Source of the DNA: the human T2T-CHM13v2.0 reference genome, Homo sapiens
Strand: one strand, 5' to 3'
Length of the DNA: 64,000 bases
Assembly: GCF_009914755.1 (NCBI RefSeq)
Contig: NC_060931.1
The first letter of the stretch is position 1. Every line of letters begins with the position of its first letter. Position numbers and translations under genes: made by a program. Positions 25,995 to 41,561 of the stretch are shown here, piece by piece. Under the pieces are notes generated by a model. It was not told the DNA's origin. It worked only from the letters and a program-made list of their open reading frames with translations, and did not search any database.

Positions 25995-26410
25995 GAGAGG
26001 TTTATCCATTTCCACTCATTGCCAGGTGCTTGCAATGCCTTTCCATAGAAAAAAAATATTTTTTTGTGAGCACCATTGAAAGGCTGTGCATGAGAATTGC
26101 TTTGGTCAATAAAATGTGAGTGTAACTGATGTATATCTGGTTTTGATCAGGTTTTGAGATTCATCAGTTGATGTTTCTGCTAGATCTCTTGTTTTTGTTG
26201 TTGTTTTCCCCTTTGTTACTAAAATGATATGTCCCAAATAGAAGTAGATCTCTCAGCTTGAATTCTGAAATGAAGGCACATGAAGTAGAGCCTCACACAA
26301 CCCCGTGAAATTGCAGTCAAATATAACTCAAATGTAACTCACATGGACATAACCAACTTGGAGGAATTTTTAAAAAATTAGGTTATGATTTTCAGCAAAA
26401 ATGCTGCTGG
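25995..26410 (+). mobile_element. Old MLT1 (I/J/K-type) LTR
   Basis: ttgctttggtcaataaaatgtgagtg...ctctcagcttgaattctgaaatgaagg. Confidence 0.55.
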
Positions 26411-27542
26411 TAATTTATATATAGGAATAAAAAATTCCATACAATAAAATGAAGAGTGATCCTCAGCTCATTTTTGGCAGTAGTACGCATATAAATCATC
26501 AGATAATAAACCAATAAAATATATGAGTACAATTTCTTAAATTTCAAAGGATTATTTTATGACTTGTCGAATTCTTATGAAAGCCTCAAAAGAGTTATTT
26601 TAGATTGTTCTCCATTTTTCATACACATGAATGGACTTTCTTTCCCCTTGTTCTTCATGGATACAATTTCTAGGAATTAGGAGGTCTTAGAATGCATGGG
26701 AATAACATTTTTAGCTGCCTGTTTTATTAGTATAGGTAATAGGTCACCATAATAATGCCACCAATGAAGAATAAATAGATATTGACTGGGTTTGTATTCA
26801 TAAAATATTGGTTTATATTTGAGAAAGATTTTTCAACTGTTTGCATAAACTTCCTGAAAAGTCTTTTCTAAAGATCTTATTGGCCAATTTTTCTCAAATT
26901 TTATGAAATCCAAAGAGCACACTTTGAATAGCATGGTTACAGATAACAGGTTAAAAAAAGCATGTTACATCAATTAAAGTTCTGCATCAACCAGAAAAAT
27001 AATACATCCAATTTCAGGTTGTAATGACTGTCAAGGAAGTAGATAATGTAAAGTAGAGAATAAAAACAATAAACAAAAACTGTAAATTTACCCTTCCTTC
27101 TTTTGTCAGAAAAATGGTATATCTACAAAATTTAACATGTCCATTCAAAGACAAATCTGAGAGCCATATGTAAATGTTTTGTTTTTTTAATAAATTGTAG
27201 AAAAATTATTCTTCATAAAAATATGGAATTGATAATTTTTAAGTAAAATCCACATGAATAAATGGCTACATTTTATTCTCTTGACTACACTTGGGTAATG
27301 TAACACGGAGAACAAAATAAATTTTATGTACAAGTTTCACAAAACAAAAACTCAACAACTCAACGATTTTTTTCTCCCCTTTCAATGATATGAATGTTCT
27401 CGATAAAACTGACTCATGGCTCAAATCATTTAGGTAATTCTTTACACTTTTCATTTTTTCAGTAGTGCTTTTTTGACTACTGAAGACCAATATGCTTAGC
27501 TATACTTTCAACCCTCTGTGATCACCTATCCTTGATTTCCAG

Positions 27543-27882
27543 CAGAAGTGTGTTTACCATGAAGTGAATGAATCTTGGTTGCAGGTCCCATCAGACCGTG
27601 GTCGCAGGTCCCCTTCTGTGGTCCTAAGGAGGAGCTCTTGTTTTGTGTTCACATGATCATATATTACTTATAAGATGCACAAAATTCAGATATTTTAATG
27701 ACCATTGGTTCAGGCACTGTCTCTTTCCACACTGACTCTCATCCATCTCACTTCCACTCAAGTTCAATGTCAGTTAAGAAGTGGCTAAAGACATTTTCTT
27801 CTTTCAATATTGCATTCTTCTTTTAAAGAGGCCCCAAAATTATGTAAGACCACTGCTCCATGAAATCTGAATTTTACTTCTG
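27543..27882. mobile_element. hAT-Tip100 non-autonomous DNA transposon (Arthur1/MER69-like)
   Basis: Terminal inverted CAGAAGT...ACTTCTG and 8-bp TSD atttccag/atctccat. Internal tttaccatgaag and ttttaaagaggccccaaaattatgtaag motifs. Confidence 0.7.
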
Positions 27883-27929
27883 ATCTCCATCCATAGCTAC
27901 GATTATTTCTGTATTCCATCCAAATTGAG

Positions 27930-28347
27930 ATAATGCTCTTTGAATAAAACCTACCTCTTTGCTTTTATACAGATAGTTAAATTCCAGTATTGTCTAAGAT
28001 CCAAATCAAAAGTTAAATTCCGCTTCAAATATATTCACCATGCCCCAAATTAAAATAAAAATATCCTTCTTGGACATTTTCCCCATACCCCTCCATATTA
28101 GTTTCTTCATAGATTTTGTCTAATTACAATATTATGTATCCTCTGAAGAAAATATTTTAGCATAATTAATTAGGTCGTTCTTCATAGCACCATAGAGTGT
28201 GATTATTAAGAAAATAAGTTAATATAAGAAGAGGACTATATACTGAGCCTAGGACACTCCAATGTTAAAAAGTTATGAACGAAAAGCTTCCTAGAGTAAA
28301 AACACCATAGAGTAACTGACATGTTACTTACTCAATAAATATTTGCT
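27930..28347 (+). mobile_element. L2 3' end carrying the templated insertion at 28195-28302
   Basis: Ends in ctcaataaatatttgctt. Removing the insert restores ...catagcaccatagagtaactgacat...ctcaataaatatttg. Confidence 0.6.
28195..28286 (-). repeat. 92-bp inverted copy of 28731-28822
   Basis: 85/92 identical with no gaps, including a 37-bp exact core. Confidence 0.95.
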
Positions 28348-28384
28348 TAAAAAATCAAAATAACAAATCTATTTTTATTGGCTT

Positions 28385-28584
28385 GACTTTGCCAACAATC
28401 TGAGGTACCTGGAAAATCTCTCCTTAGCTGAGCCTCTAGATGAGAGTTCAGCCAGCTGATACCTTGAGAGAGAACCCAGCTAAAACATAGTGGACTTTAC
28501 CTACAGAAACTCTGAGGTGATAAATTATCTCATGGCTATTTGTGGTAATTTGTTACATAACACTATATAGAAGAGTAATATACA
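28385..28584 (+). mobile_element. MLT1D/E-type LTR 3' part
   Basis: gagcctctagatgagagttcagcc...cctacagaaactctgaggtgataaat...tttgtggtaatttgttaca. Confidence 0.75.
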
Positions 28585-28604
28585 TTATTTCACAAAGCAG
28601 CCCA

Positions 28605-29370
28605 ATTCGACATAGTTTATTATTCTCTCATCAATCATACACTTATTTTCCATTTGGCTTCTACCAAACTCCCTTGATCTTCTTTCCACTTCCCTAGCTA
28701 TTTCTTCTTAAACCACTTGAATGAATCTTCCTTTTCTTTCATGACTTTTTAATATTGGAGTGTCCTAGGCTCAGTATATAGTCCTCTTCTCATATTAACT
28801 TAGTTCCTTAATCATCACACTCAGTTTCGTATTTTAAAAAAGTACTCTGTCTACAGTAGTGGCTCCCCAAGATTTATCTCTAGCCTAAACATTGCTTTTT
28901 AACACTAGTCTTATATCCAACAACCTTCTTAACAATCCTAATAGTTGTTTCAGATGCAACCAGGAACTGCACTCAGGGTCTTTTTCACTAACCCACAGTT
29001 TTTCCTACTTCATCGTTGGTCCATTTTTCCAGGTGCTTGGGTAGAAAATTTTGAAGTCCTCCTTGATTCCTATCTTCTCCAAGTTCAGTAAATAAGCAAA
29101 TGTTATTAGCTCTACATTCAACATATATATATATAGACTATATATTTCTCATTGTCTCCACTGTGACCCCTTTTTCCATGGATGACTGTATCAACTTCCT
29201 AATGCAGTCTATGCTTCTGTCCTGTCCTCTTCATAGCCTATTTTCAAAAGAGCATCTCCAATAATTCTTTCAAAAGGAAGTTGGATTATGCTACTCATAT
29301 GCTCAAACCATTCAGCAGTTCCCAATTTTACCCAAAAGCCAAAGTCTTTACAATGGCACACAGTATGCTT
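28605..29370 (+). mobile_element. L2a fragment
   Basis: aatattggagtgtcctaggctcagt...tcctcttctc and cccaaaagccaaagtctttacaatggc. Confidence 0.8.
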
Positions 29371-29634
29371 GCTAAGTGGCAATCATGGTCTGAGTGAAGT
29401 TACACACAAAAATATTTAAGGGCACCAATCTTAATGGTTGTGTAATTTTCTCAACAAATTAATAATAAAATAGCAGATTAGACTATTTTGTATTGATCTA
29501 TGATTGGGATTTTGCAGGGATGCTGAAGAAAAGCAAAGGAATGCAGAAACTGAAATCAGCAACAAAAGAGAAGGAATAAATGTGCTACGTTCTAGTTGGA
29601 TGGGAGAGTCAGGAGGAATTAAATTGTGCAGGAA

Positions 29635-29962
<328 letters not shown>

Positions 29963-30349
29963 TCAAGGATGGCGCAAAGAGGAGGAGTGGATAAGGAGTA
30001 ATAAAGTAGTACATGAAGGAAAGGGAGACATGATAAAGAAATGAGATTTTCAGTTATAAGATTTTAGAGTCAATAAGGGAAAGGATATGCTATTATGAGT
30101 AGGATTTGAAGTAGCTGTATTTGGGCCATTATAAAAACTAATTATATTGAGTTTCGAGCTACAGTTAACTTTCTGTTGGTAACCTGGGATTTAGCTATCA
30201 CATTTCTATACCTGCTAACTTCATACAAAAAAAGAAAATATTAAATTGTTGAAGCCTGACAAGTAGTAATAACAATTGGTGAGCTCCCAAAATAAAATAT
30301 ATGCTAAGCAAGACACTTTTTTTGTTAGTTTTATATTTGCTATTTTCAG

Positions 30350-30644
<295 letters not shown>

Positions 30645-30880
30645 TCAGTTTTACTTTTCTTGGCCAACAAGATGACTCGAGCATCCAGATGTAAGTGGAT
30701 AGAAAGACAAGAGTAGAGAAGCAAAGAGAGAGAATGAAGGGAAAGGTAACACAGGTTTAAAGAGCACTGACAGACCAGCACAGCATACAGTGCCCAGCAC
30801 AGCTTCTGCTCATGAGGGAACTTAAGTAGAACCATCTAGAGTGGAGAGAAGCCATATAAGATGGCAGGGTTTCTATTAAT

Positions 30881-31163
30881 ATTATTTTTAATTGACAAGT
30901 CATAATGCATATGTTTTTGAGACACAATGCGATGTTCTGATAAATGTACACAATGTATCAAATGTTTAAATCAAGCTAATCAACGTATCCATCCCCTCAT
31001 TACCCATTTTTGTGGTGAGACATTTAAAAGTGACTCTTGGCAATTCTGAAATATATAATACATTATCATTAACTGTGGTCACCCTGATGTGCAACAGATC
31101 TCAAAAATGTATTCCTCCTGTCTAGCTGAAATTTTGTACTCTTTGACCAACATCTCCCCATTA
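30881..31163 (-). mobile_element. L1MA (6-8 like) 3' end
   Basis: ttaaatcaagctaatcaacgtatccatc...tttgtggtgagacatttaaaa...ctctttgaccaacatctccccatt. Confidence 0.88.
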
Positions 31164-32655
31164 ATATGTTGTTTTTATATACGCAGATTAAAGTCTAAGA
31201 TAATGTTATTTCATTACTCAAGTGTCTTTTCAGGGCTAGAGTTGTCTTCTGAAAAAAGAAAATCCAATCTGCCCAGTTCATGATCATGTGGAATATTTCT
31301 AAAGGCCTGACCACCAGCACATCTGTCCTCTTGCTGGCTTTTAGATCAGTAGACCACAGTGTAATAAATCCTTCAAGACTAAAGCTTGCCGGGTTAATCT
31401 ACGGCAATGCAGTGTGTCACCATAGAATATAAGTTTACTAACATATTATAGGACTCTTTAGAGGTTAAGGAAAACTGGATTCCTTCAAGTCATCATCCAG
31501 AGGAAGATTTATTCTTGGTGCAGTAGAACTTACATGACTGCACTTTTCTTAGTCATAATCAGGAACACTCAAGTTTAGTTTTATCATGCTTTCATGCTTT
31601 CCAATTTCAAAAGGCTCACATGATAATGGGTCAGTTAACTTATCTTTTTAATCTTTTGTCACATATGTGAATAAAATACCTTCCAGAGTAACTTCTTCAA
31701 AAGCAAAGCATTTTATTTCAAAGACTTGGAATAAATCATAAAATTCAATGACCCTTGTTTGAAAAGTGAGTGTTAATGATAAATTTGGATATTGTTAATG
31801 AGCCCCATTTTAAGTTCTAGGAGTTTTAGTCAGAAGCTTATTTTCCTTCCAGAGTTGGATTAGATACAGCCTATATGTGTGAAACATTCTGATGAAGTCA
31901 GTTACTAAAAACATAAAGTTGGTAATAAATTAACTATACAGTAATAAGAGTACTTTATTTTGATAGAATCGTGGTATAAGAAATTCTGTAGTATATAACA
32001 AATCAATAAAAAAGTCACTATAGATGATTTAATATGTACTAAATATAAATTTAAAATTAGACTTACTGTGCTTTCTTTTGTTTTTTTAAATTTCTATGGT
32101 AGTCGTGAAAATGATTTTATCGGAGCATGAAGAGAAAAATACTTATAATCTTTCCCAAAGATACATGTGCAAAATATTCTGCAGTAATCAGAAATTATAA
32201 CATAAAGGATTTAATCAAGCTACAGTACTAGTAGTTTAGCATTCATCGAACAAGTGGACTTTGATTTTTAACTATCTGATCAGCAAATTTGAAACTGAAA
32301 AATTCAAGAGAAAAGAATAAGAAGACCACATAACTCTACAAAGTCAGAGAACTTTTCCCCAGAGTGTGAGAAGCTTCCCTACAGAATTCTGCTATGCTGA
32401 TTCTATAGTAGCGGTTTACAAGCTCTTTTTTTTTTAATTTTTTTTTACATATACATCCATATAAATGGCTCATGCTTAATGTTTAAATAACAATAATAAA
32501 GCACTCACCTATGTTCCTATCAGAGTTTAAGAAATGAGAGCAATGGTTTAAAGCCTCAGTTACTCCTTCACAAATGCACCTTCAGCTCTCTCCCAACTTG
32601 TATACTAACTCTGCATGTATAACTCTTTCTTTTCTTTACATACAATAGTCTTAGC

Positions 32656-32969
32656 AGCCGAGTGCAGTGGCCCATGCCTGTAATCCCAGCATTTGGGGAG
32701 GTCGAGGCAGGTAGATGTCTTGAGCCCAGAAGTTCCAGAACAGCCTGGCCAACATGGCAAATCTCTGTGTCTATACAAAATACGAAAAATTCACCAGGTG
32801 TGGTGGTACACTACTACAGTGTCAGCTAGGCAGAAGGCTGAGGTGGGAGGATCGCCTAAGCCTGACTGAGAAGGTCAAGGCTGCAGTGAGCCGACACGGT
32901 GCCACTGCACTCCACTCTAGGTAACAGAGCAAGACTCTGTCTCAAAAACAAACAAACAAAACAAAACAA
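32656..32969 (+). mobile_element. AluJ
   Basis: TSD acaatagtcttagc / acagtagtcttagc, and an (AAAC)n tail. Confidence 0.93.
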
Positions 32970-33124
32970 ACAGTAGTCTTAGCAATTTGCAATGTGAAAT
33001 GTATTGTATCACAGAAGGTATACAACATATATGTTATAAAATTTATGTGTTTATAAGCAATATACACATGCTGTTTACATAAATAAAATACATATTTACA
33101 CACAATTAAGCACTGAAATTATTT

Positions 33125-33238
33125 AGAAATAAGGAAATAAACTCAGAAAGGCTAAGTATAATAACCTAATTATATTTATCTAATATTAAAAGAGGACTTG
33201 AACCCAATTCTTCTGACACTAAATCCGGGGCTCTTAGC
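33125..33238 (-). mobile_element. MIR fragment
   Basis: ctcagaaaggctaagta...ggacttgaacccaattcttctgacactaaatccggggctctt. Confidence 0.6.
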
Positions 33239-34143
33239 AAAAATTTAATGATACGTGTGTATAGGTTATCTTGGTAAATAAATACTTGATAAAATTTCAC
33301 TAAAAATTCACTAAAATTTTTTATATAAATTTTTGCATTATAAAACACACAACATAGTGTTACATATCTATGCAAATTTTTTTTTCTTTCAGACTGTGAA
33401 GAATGCTTGGTACGTGTCTAAATTTAGGCACCTCTTGCCATAAATCCAAAGACCCCCTCAAATTCCTTGACCTTAAAGTAGGGAACATGATTAGTTTAGA
33501 GTCTAATCACTTCAGTTTTGAGTTACTCTGTATTATAATGCAGTAGTTAATTTGCTCTATTTATAAAAGACATCAATCCTTTGAGAAGACAATCTCTTTA
33601 TAGTAATATTCAAACTGGAATGTCAAATTCTGTTTCATATGTGAGATATTATCTTTCCAAAAAACCATATGAATGCATAAATCAGAAAATCTCACACCTA
33701 ACCAAGAAAAGAGATTATGGTCAGATTTCTGCTTAGTGCTCTCAGGAAGTCTTTCATTCTGCTCTGGGAAAAACACTAGGTCTCCTTATTATTGGATACT
33801 TTCTGTAGTGCAATATTCTCTTATAACAGGCAGTCACAAGACAATAAAGAAAATAAAGATATTTGAACAATTAATACGTAGTAATACTATGCTGACAAGA
33901 ATTAGAGAAAGTGGGAAGACAGCCTCCAGAAAGAAAAATGATTTTATGAATAAGCAAGTGAGGTATAATGAAATTATTACCTAGGCTATATGCATACATG
34001 CAAATTTTAGAATTATGCAAATGCACACTCATGTTTACTAAACCTAAGACTACTGTTTTACTGATCTGATCTGAATGATCTGTGAATTTGCCTTAGTCCA
34101 CACTGTATTGATTTCATTGTTACACATTATCTTGGAAGGGCCA

Positions 34144-34642
34144 TATAGCAGGGCATGTTAATGTTCTGCTCTTAATTCCTCAACGCATCTAGTTCATCTA
34201 TTGCTGCTTTAGTAAGGTTTATAGGTTTCCCTTAAGCTGACAGCTTCTGTCTTAAGTACCTTTGCCTCTTGTCTCTTCCTGAGGATATTCTTCAGCACCA
34301 GGAAACCATGATAACACCTCCACAAGCAACCTTAAGCCAATGGGGTTGTGATGTTGTTAGTGGATAAACGCCCAGCCTTCTTTTTCCTTCCCCTTCCTCA
34401 CCTTAGTGGGGTGATTCTAAGACACATTCCACATGGGTTTTTGCAGAGTCGCCAGCAAGGCTGAGGTCCATTTCCCTCAATAATAACCCAATCAGTAACA
34501 CTCTCCTTATCTTATTTCTCTTGCAGGTTTTACATTCTTGTTTTCCACTGTAATGCATCCCAGGTGAATCTTGCTCTTAATAATCTACCTGCAATCAAAC
34601 CCCTGTATTACAGTCTGCTTTTGTGGAACTCAGACTAAGACA
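34144..34642 (+). mobile_element. LTR16-type (ERVL) solo LTR
   Basis: gcaaccttaagccaatgggg...ggataaacgcccagc...tacctgcaatcaaacccctgtattacagtctgcttttgtggaactcagactaagaca. Confidence 0.8.
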
Positions 34643-34658
34643 TTCTCATTGCAGTTGC

Positions 34659-34685
34659 CATCATCATCATCATCATCATCATCAT
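34659..34685. repeat. (CAT)9 microsatellite
   Basis: Directly visible. Confidence 0.97.
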
Positions 34686-34699
34686 TTTCACCTTCATTT

Positions 34700-34930
34700 T
34701 CATAAGAAACACAGATTAAGTATGTCCTATGTACCAAACACGGTTCTAACTACTTGAGATTTATTAACACATTTAATCTTCTCTAAAATTTTTTGAAATA
34801 GCTATTATTGTCATCGTTAGTTTAAAGATAAGAAAACCAAAGTGAAGTACAAAACAATTAAATATATAGTCGAAGCTGTGACACCAGAATTTGCACTCAA
34901 CCAATGTGGTATACAAATTAAAGCTTTACT
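34700..34930 (-). mobile_element. MIR
   Basis: cctatgtaccaaacacggttctaa...atttaatctt...agataagaaaaccaaag. Confidence 0.65.
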
Positions 34931-36989
34931 TTCTTTGTAGGTACATCTGCATAGTTTGTAAGATGATCTAAAACCATGGCTTTTTCCTTAAAACATGTTG
35001 ATGCATACATTTTTGTCAATCTTCACAGTTAGACTCACTTTGGTCTTCACTCAAGGGAACCCAAACAGACATTTCTGCTGTACCTTTCCAACACTTCAAG
35101 TTCATGTGTGCACAAACCCTATAAGACCTGGGGATGACAGGTGTTTCCTGAGATGATCAGTCACATTTCATATATTGGACTGATAAGCAGATCACTCAAC
35201 AAAGAAAGCCCAACTTGAATATGTTTTAAGATCCTAGCTTCAGGTAGGTCTTGATAGGTCCCATATGCTTGTCATTTGGTAAATTTATTAAAATAGCCCA
35301 TTTTGGAAAGTAATGCCATGGCAGAAATTGATTACTTTCTATTCTTAGCCAAGCTTTTGACTTCTTGAACAGCATCAGTGATGAAGTGCACATTTAGTAA
35401 GTAACATGTAGTTTACTAATGACTCAGTATTTACGTATGTAGCAATATTAAAATATTGCATTATCATGTATCATAATACATACAAAATCTGTATATATTT
35501 GTATGCAGATATACTTACTTATTCTAACTGTAAGAATATATTTATTGCCTCTGCCTTTTTTCCCATCTCTCCCTGTGAATGCTGGTTTTTGAAAGCCATT
35601 AAAAAACAAAAATCAAAAACAAAAATAAAAAAACCACTACACTTTGAAAATGTTAAGATGAGAACTAGATTCATTGAAAGAGTACAGATTCTGATATTGC
35701 TCAGGGCACAAAAAAATGAAGTTTCGAAATTAAAGAAAAGCTAAAGAAGTAAAAATTTGTCATGGTTTGAGGTATTAAGACATTGACGTTCACATGTATA
35801 TTTGGTGGTTTATTCAATGCCAAAATGAATGTTCACTGTCAGGGAGATTCTTCGAGTGATACATAACTGTTGGCTTAGTTTGCTGCTCTGTAAACATTAT
35901 AACTCTCCCAGATGGGAAAATGTGCTAAAGTATATATTTCCACATATCTAAGTCTGTATTTTTTCCTTTGAATACCAAATATTTTAAGAATTTATATGTA
36001 TCACAGAGATAGAAGGTGACTTGAGTGTTAAAAAAATAGATTATTTATTCCATATATTCTGAATCTTCCAACAAATGGAATATTTTTAGTAGATAACATC
36101 TAAATTATTATCTCTCAGATGAACAACACTTCATAATAGGTGGCTAGACACATATATATTTAAAACATGAAGCTCTACATCTAGATAAAGAAATATTTTG
36201 ACACTTTTATGCATTTTCCTTTTATAATTAATATTTATAACAATTTATATAAAGTGATGTAAATTACTCCATGGATGTCATGCACCTTTATTTGTATATT
36301 TATATATAATAGAATTGCTATCTAAATGTAATATCTCCATTAGTCTCTTTCAGTGCCACTATTTGTTCTGTTTTATATGGTAAAGATAAAAAAGATTATT
36401 TACTTGATAATTTATCTTTTTGAATTTTTATATTCTAATCTTAAATTGATGGATATTGACATCTTGAATTGCTTCCCACCTGCATTATGACAAAACTATG
36501 TTTAAAGCCAAGATATTAAATAGGATGTGCTAGCAATAAGTGGCAATATTTATATATTTCTTACTTTGCTTGCATTGGATTCAAGTTTTAAATAAAACTA
36601 TTTTTGTCACAAAATGTAACATTTAGAGATGCTTATTTTGCAGTGCGTATGTGTTTTATTGATACCTTTCTAAAATTATACAGAATTGCACTTAGAATGC
36701 AAACATTTTAAGTTAAAAATTTTCCAAAAGGCAAAAGAGATTAGATAATTAAAATCAAAGTGAAAAGTGATTATTACTTTTATAAATGTGTTTATTACCC
36801 ATAATGGAAAAGCTCATTATACGTCTGTATTATTATCTATGAACTTATCTAACTCCAGCAATTATTCTGTAGCTATCAATTTATTGATCTAAATTATAAT
36901 TTATTATGAAGGGGGTAAAGCTGGCTTACTGTCCTCTGGGTTTCTAATTTAAACCTTTGAAAAAGTGTGCCCAGTCAGACTGGAAATAA

Positions 36990-37361
<372 letters not shown>

Positions 37362-39799
37362 TGATTTTTTTTTTTTTTTTCTAAAATTGAAGCTGTAGAG
37401 TGTAAAACAGGCCAAGGCCTAGACTTTTTTTAAATCCTCTCCTTAGTTAATAGAGACTATTTATGCTAGGTTCGATTACAGAGTAGCTCAACATATTGTA
37501 ATACACACAGGTCTCTATTAATATGTAATTGGTGATTTTAGTTTTAAACACGAGTGTTTTAGCTTTGAGAACATGAGTTCTCCAATACATTTGGAATATT
37601 TATAGAGAATTTTTATTTAAATTGATTATCCATGTTGTTTCTGCTTCTCCCTTGTTTATTTTATATACAGGAACAAAACTCTACTCAAACTCACAGAAAT
37701 AGTACAGTTCATGACTTCAGTCGCAAGGCTATTCATCTTTTTTGCACTATATTTTTTAGTTTAAAAATTGTATAGTAAGCATCAAATATTGAGTACTTTA
37801 TTTTAGGCACTGCTGAAAAATAATGCTGAAAACTGATTAATATTTCACTTAATATTTCTATTTTATTATTTGTTTTCAATTTGATTTATATTTATAAACC
37901 TAAAAACAGGTATTATAAATAGTTGGTGCTGGATTTGTTTATAAGCTCATTTATCTTTCAAAAAGCATAATTCTATACAATATAAGCTACTTAAGTTGTA
38001 ATGATATAAGCTATTTAAATTGTAATTATCTAATATTTCTATTCAAAATGAAATTATCTTAGGGAAGAAACTGATGTTTAATAGCAAGCTATAATGCAGT
38101 ATGAAAAATGCTATAATACAAATGCCAATATCTAAATTTAATAAAAATGAGTCTTAAATTTATTGAAACTCATAAAAGCATGTAGGAAGAGAACTGTAGG
38201 GAAAATACCAGAAAATTATCCAAAATAATATAAGTAATTTTTAAAAAGAAATTATATATTCAATACACGTTTAATGAAGGTATGTATTTGCCACCTATAA
38301 AACTCTCCAGAAATACTTGTTTGTCACTCATATCATTTCTGAAGCTAATTTCCAAATTTAAGCTGAGCCTTGTTAGATTTTCCTTCTTACAATCCCCCTA
38401 AGTAAAACCATGTAAACTTTTTAGGCAAGACTTACATATATAATTTTGTATTTAAATTTCTAATTTTGAGAACTTTAAGTTTAAAATATGTTTTGCTTTG
38501 AAGAAGTCATCTGTTTCTATTGTGTATTTGTCATGTAAATTTTAATTCTTTACATTATCAGAAGTGTTTGCATTGGAAATAATTAGGGCCTAAGAAATGG
38601 AGAGCTGAAAGATGGAAAACTTGGCAGTGTGCTGATTGCCACAAAATGCTCAAGTTATTTTCGAATGCTTTGCATACAGAAATATTTTCAAGAAAACTTG
38701 CAAACAATTTGTCTCTAAACTGTGCCAATCTGCAATATGTAGGAAGAAAAAGAAATGTAGTAAATATGATCCCTTAAACCCTCTGTGGCTATTGAACACT
38801 ATCAATGAGCCCACAAACTAAAAATAAACACTTAGCTCAGGCAACATTTTCTGTTGACTTTATTTTACCCAGTCCTAATTAAATACAGTTCTATTTTAGT
38901 TTCTTGTGTTCCAAACTAATGTGTATTTATATTCTACTTTTAAGATAAAGTGTTTCAGAATATTAGAATATTAAAGGTAGTCAATGGTGAAAGAAGGTTG
39001 CAAAAAAAGAAGAAACCTTCAAAATATGTAGTTTTACACATATAAAAAATGTAGTCATATTTTTTCCTATGGACCTTTTAGTAGAATGAGCTTTTTAGGG
39101 TTTATAAAAGTATAAATTTTTCAAAAAATTAAATCAAAATAAAAAATAAACTTATCTGTATGGTTTCAATCAGTATACTCTAGACTTATAGAAAGTCTCT
39201 GGTGTTCCAAAAATACTATGAAAGCTACTTCTTTGAAGTGGGAAATCATATTTCTATAGCAATAAGTCAAACTTGAACTTTAAGTGTTAAATTCACCACA
39301 ATACTTAGAACTTATATACTGTTTCCCTATCTTAACTAAAATTTGAATTTGAATTGAATAATAATAAGTAGAAACATATGCATTTTTAAATACCATTTTC
39401 AGAAACATACATTAGGGAGCATAAAACCCATAAACATTGCTTAGATGTCTCCAATAGAGTAAGTGTGTATTAATAGGTAATATAACACATATATAGGATA
39501 ATGTAAATAGGGCAAAACATGCTTAATGAATAAACAAAATTGACCATTTTATGGATAAATCATGTCAAATGATTTACCCCACAGAAATATGGTGGCAATT
39601 AATCAGTGATGGAATAATGCTCTAGGAGAAAGAGTATAATTTAACAATATAAATTGTCATTCTGTTATTACTTATAACCTTTTCTCATTGTTTTAATGCC
39701 ATTTACTTAATTCTCTTTGTGTGATTTCTCTCATCCAACCTACATGTTCCAATTTCATAGTCAATGCAGAACTTTGATCACTCTCTTCTAAATATACTC

Positions 39800-40900
39800 C
39801 AACCCATGTTTACTGAACATTACGTACATCATGGACTTTACTAGGATTTGTGAATGTCACCCCATTACTGAAGCAATTACAATATAGCTGTGGAAAGAGA
39901 TGACCACAGGAGTTTAATGTTTTTTGTAGTCATTGTTATGATAAATATGTACAGAGAATGATGGGGGAGATTGTTCTTGGGGAATGAATAAGCTGAATAA
40001 TGAAAAGTATATAAAAGCTAGAAGAATAAAGAGGACTGGTAGATGAATATTTACACTGGAGGAAACATTTGTAAAGGCATGGGGCTATGAAAAATTATTC
40101 CATACAACAAACGTTTGATACATGAGTCACAATTAAGTGGTTATTGAAAAGGATAGGCATAAAATGATGAGACAGTTTTAGCATAAAGACTTGTAGACAA
40201 TTAAGCTTATTGGAAAAATATCAGGATTCTATGACTGATTAGAGGTGAATGTGAGAGAATAAAATTCTGAAATAAGGACTCAAGTTTTGAGATTGTTATT
40301 GAATACGACAAACTGAGATAAAGACTATGGAATAGGAAAGATAGTGTAGAAAGATGGATATTTTGAGTGTCAGTGGCTTATGGGATATCTGATTAGAGGT
40401 ACCCAGAAACAATAAGGCATATAATTCAGAAACTCTACAATCATGTTTTTGTAGAATCATACATATATATGAGACAGAGTAGTGGACAAATCACAGAGAA
40501 ACCATGCATACATAACGGAGCATATGGAAGAAAGAGACCTGGATTGCAGCACTGTTTAAAGTCAGAGGACTGAACGAGAGACCAGCAGAGGATTGTTCCC
40601 TTGATTATGGAGTGGAAAGTATTAAGAAGGAAGAAGATGTAAACAGTGCAAAATACATCTGTGATAGCTAGCAAGATAATTGAAGAGTGTTAATAGGATA
40701 TTATTGGTAAACTGTAGAAGTTTCAGAGTTTGGGAGGCATTTCAGAAAAAAATAATAATAATTAAACAACAACAACAACAAACCAGAATAGTCAGATAAG
40801 GGTGAGCTGAGGTGTGGATAAATAATGAAGAAAAAATACTGAGTATAGACTAAAACAAAGTTTGGCTGAAAGGAAGAGTGAAAATGAGAAGCTGCTCAAA
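39800..40900 (-). mobile_element. Degenerate L2
   Basis: AG-rich text with L2 antisense motifs (tttgagtgtcagtggcttatgggatatctg; gagtatagact...aagtttggctgaaaggaagag). Confidence 0.6.
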
Positions 40901-41255
40901 CTGAAAAGGAAACTCTCCCCATCCCAAAGTTTTGTTGTTTTTTTCTAACTTCTCTTTTTCTCTTTCTGTCTTTTATAAAAAGTTCTCGTACCCTTTGCTC
41001 TGTTGATCATAATCAATTTCACACTAGAAACTGAAACATTCTTAAAATCATTCATAGGTCTAGAAGTACTCTAGGAAAAAGTAAGTTACCCATTTGTAAT
41101 TTAAGGGAAATCTTAACCAGTAAACAAACAAAAACACAGAACTACTTTTCTTAATACTGGGGTTTTGTTACATAGAGGACTTCATTATGTTTAAGAAATG
41201 GCTCAAAATGTTCCACATTGCAAAGCTTCCATTCTATTTCCATTGCACATGTTAA

Positions 41256-41543
<288 letters not shown>

Positions 41544-41561
41544 ACTTTGAGAGGTGAGGTG

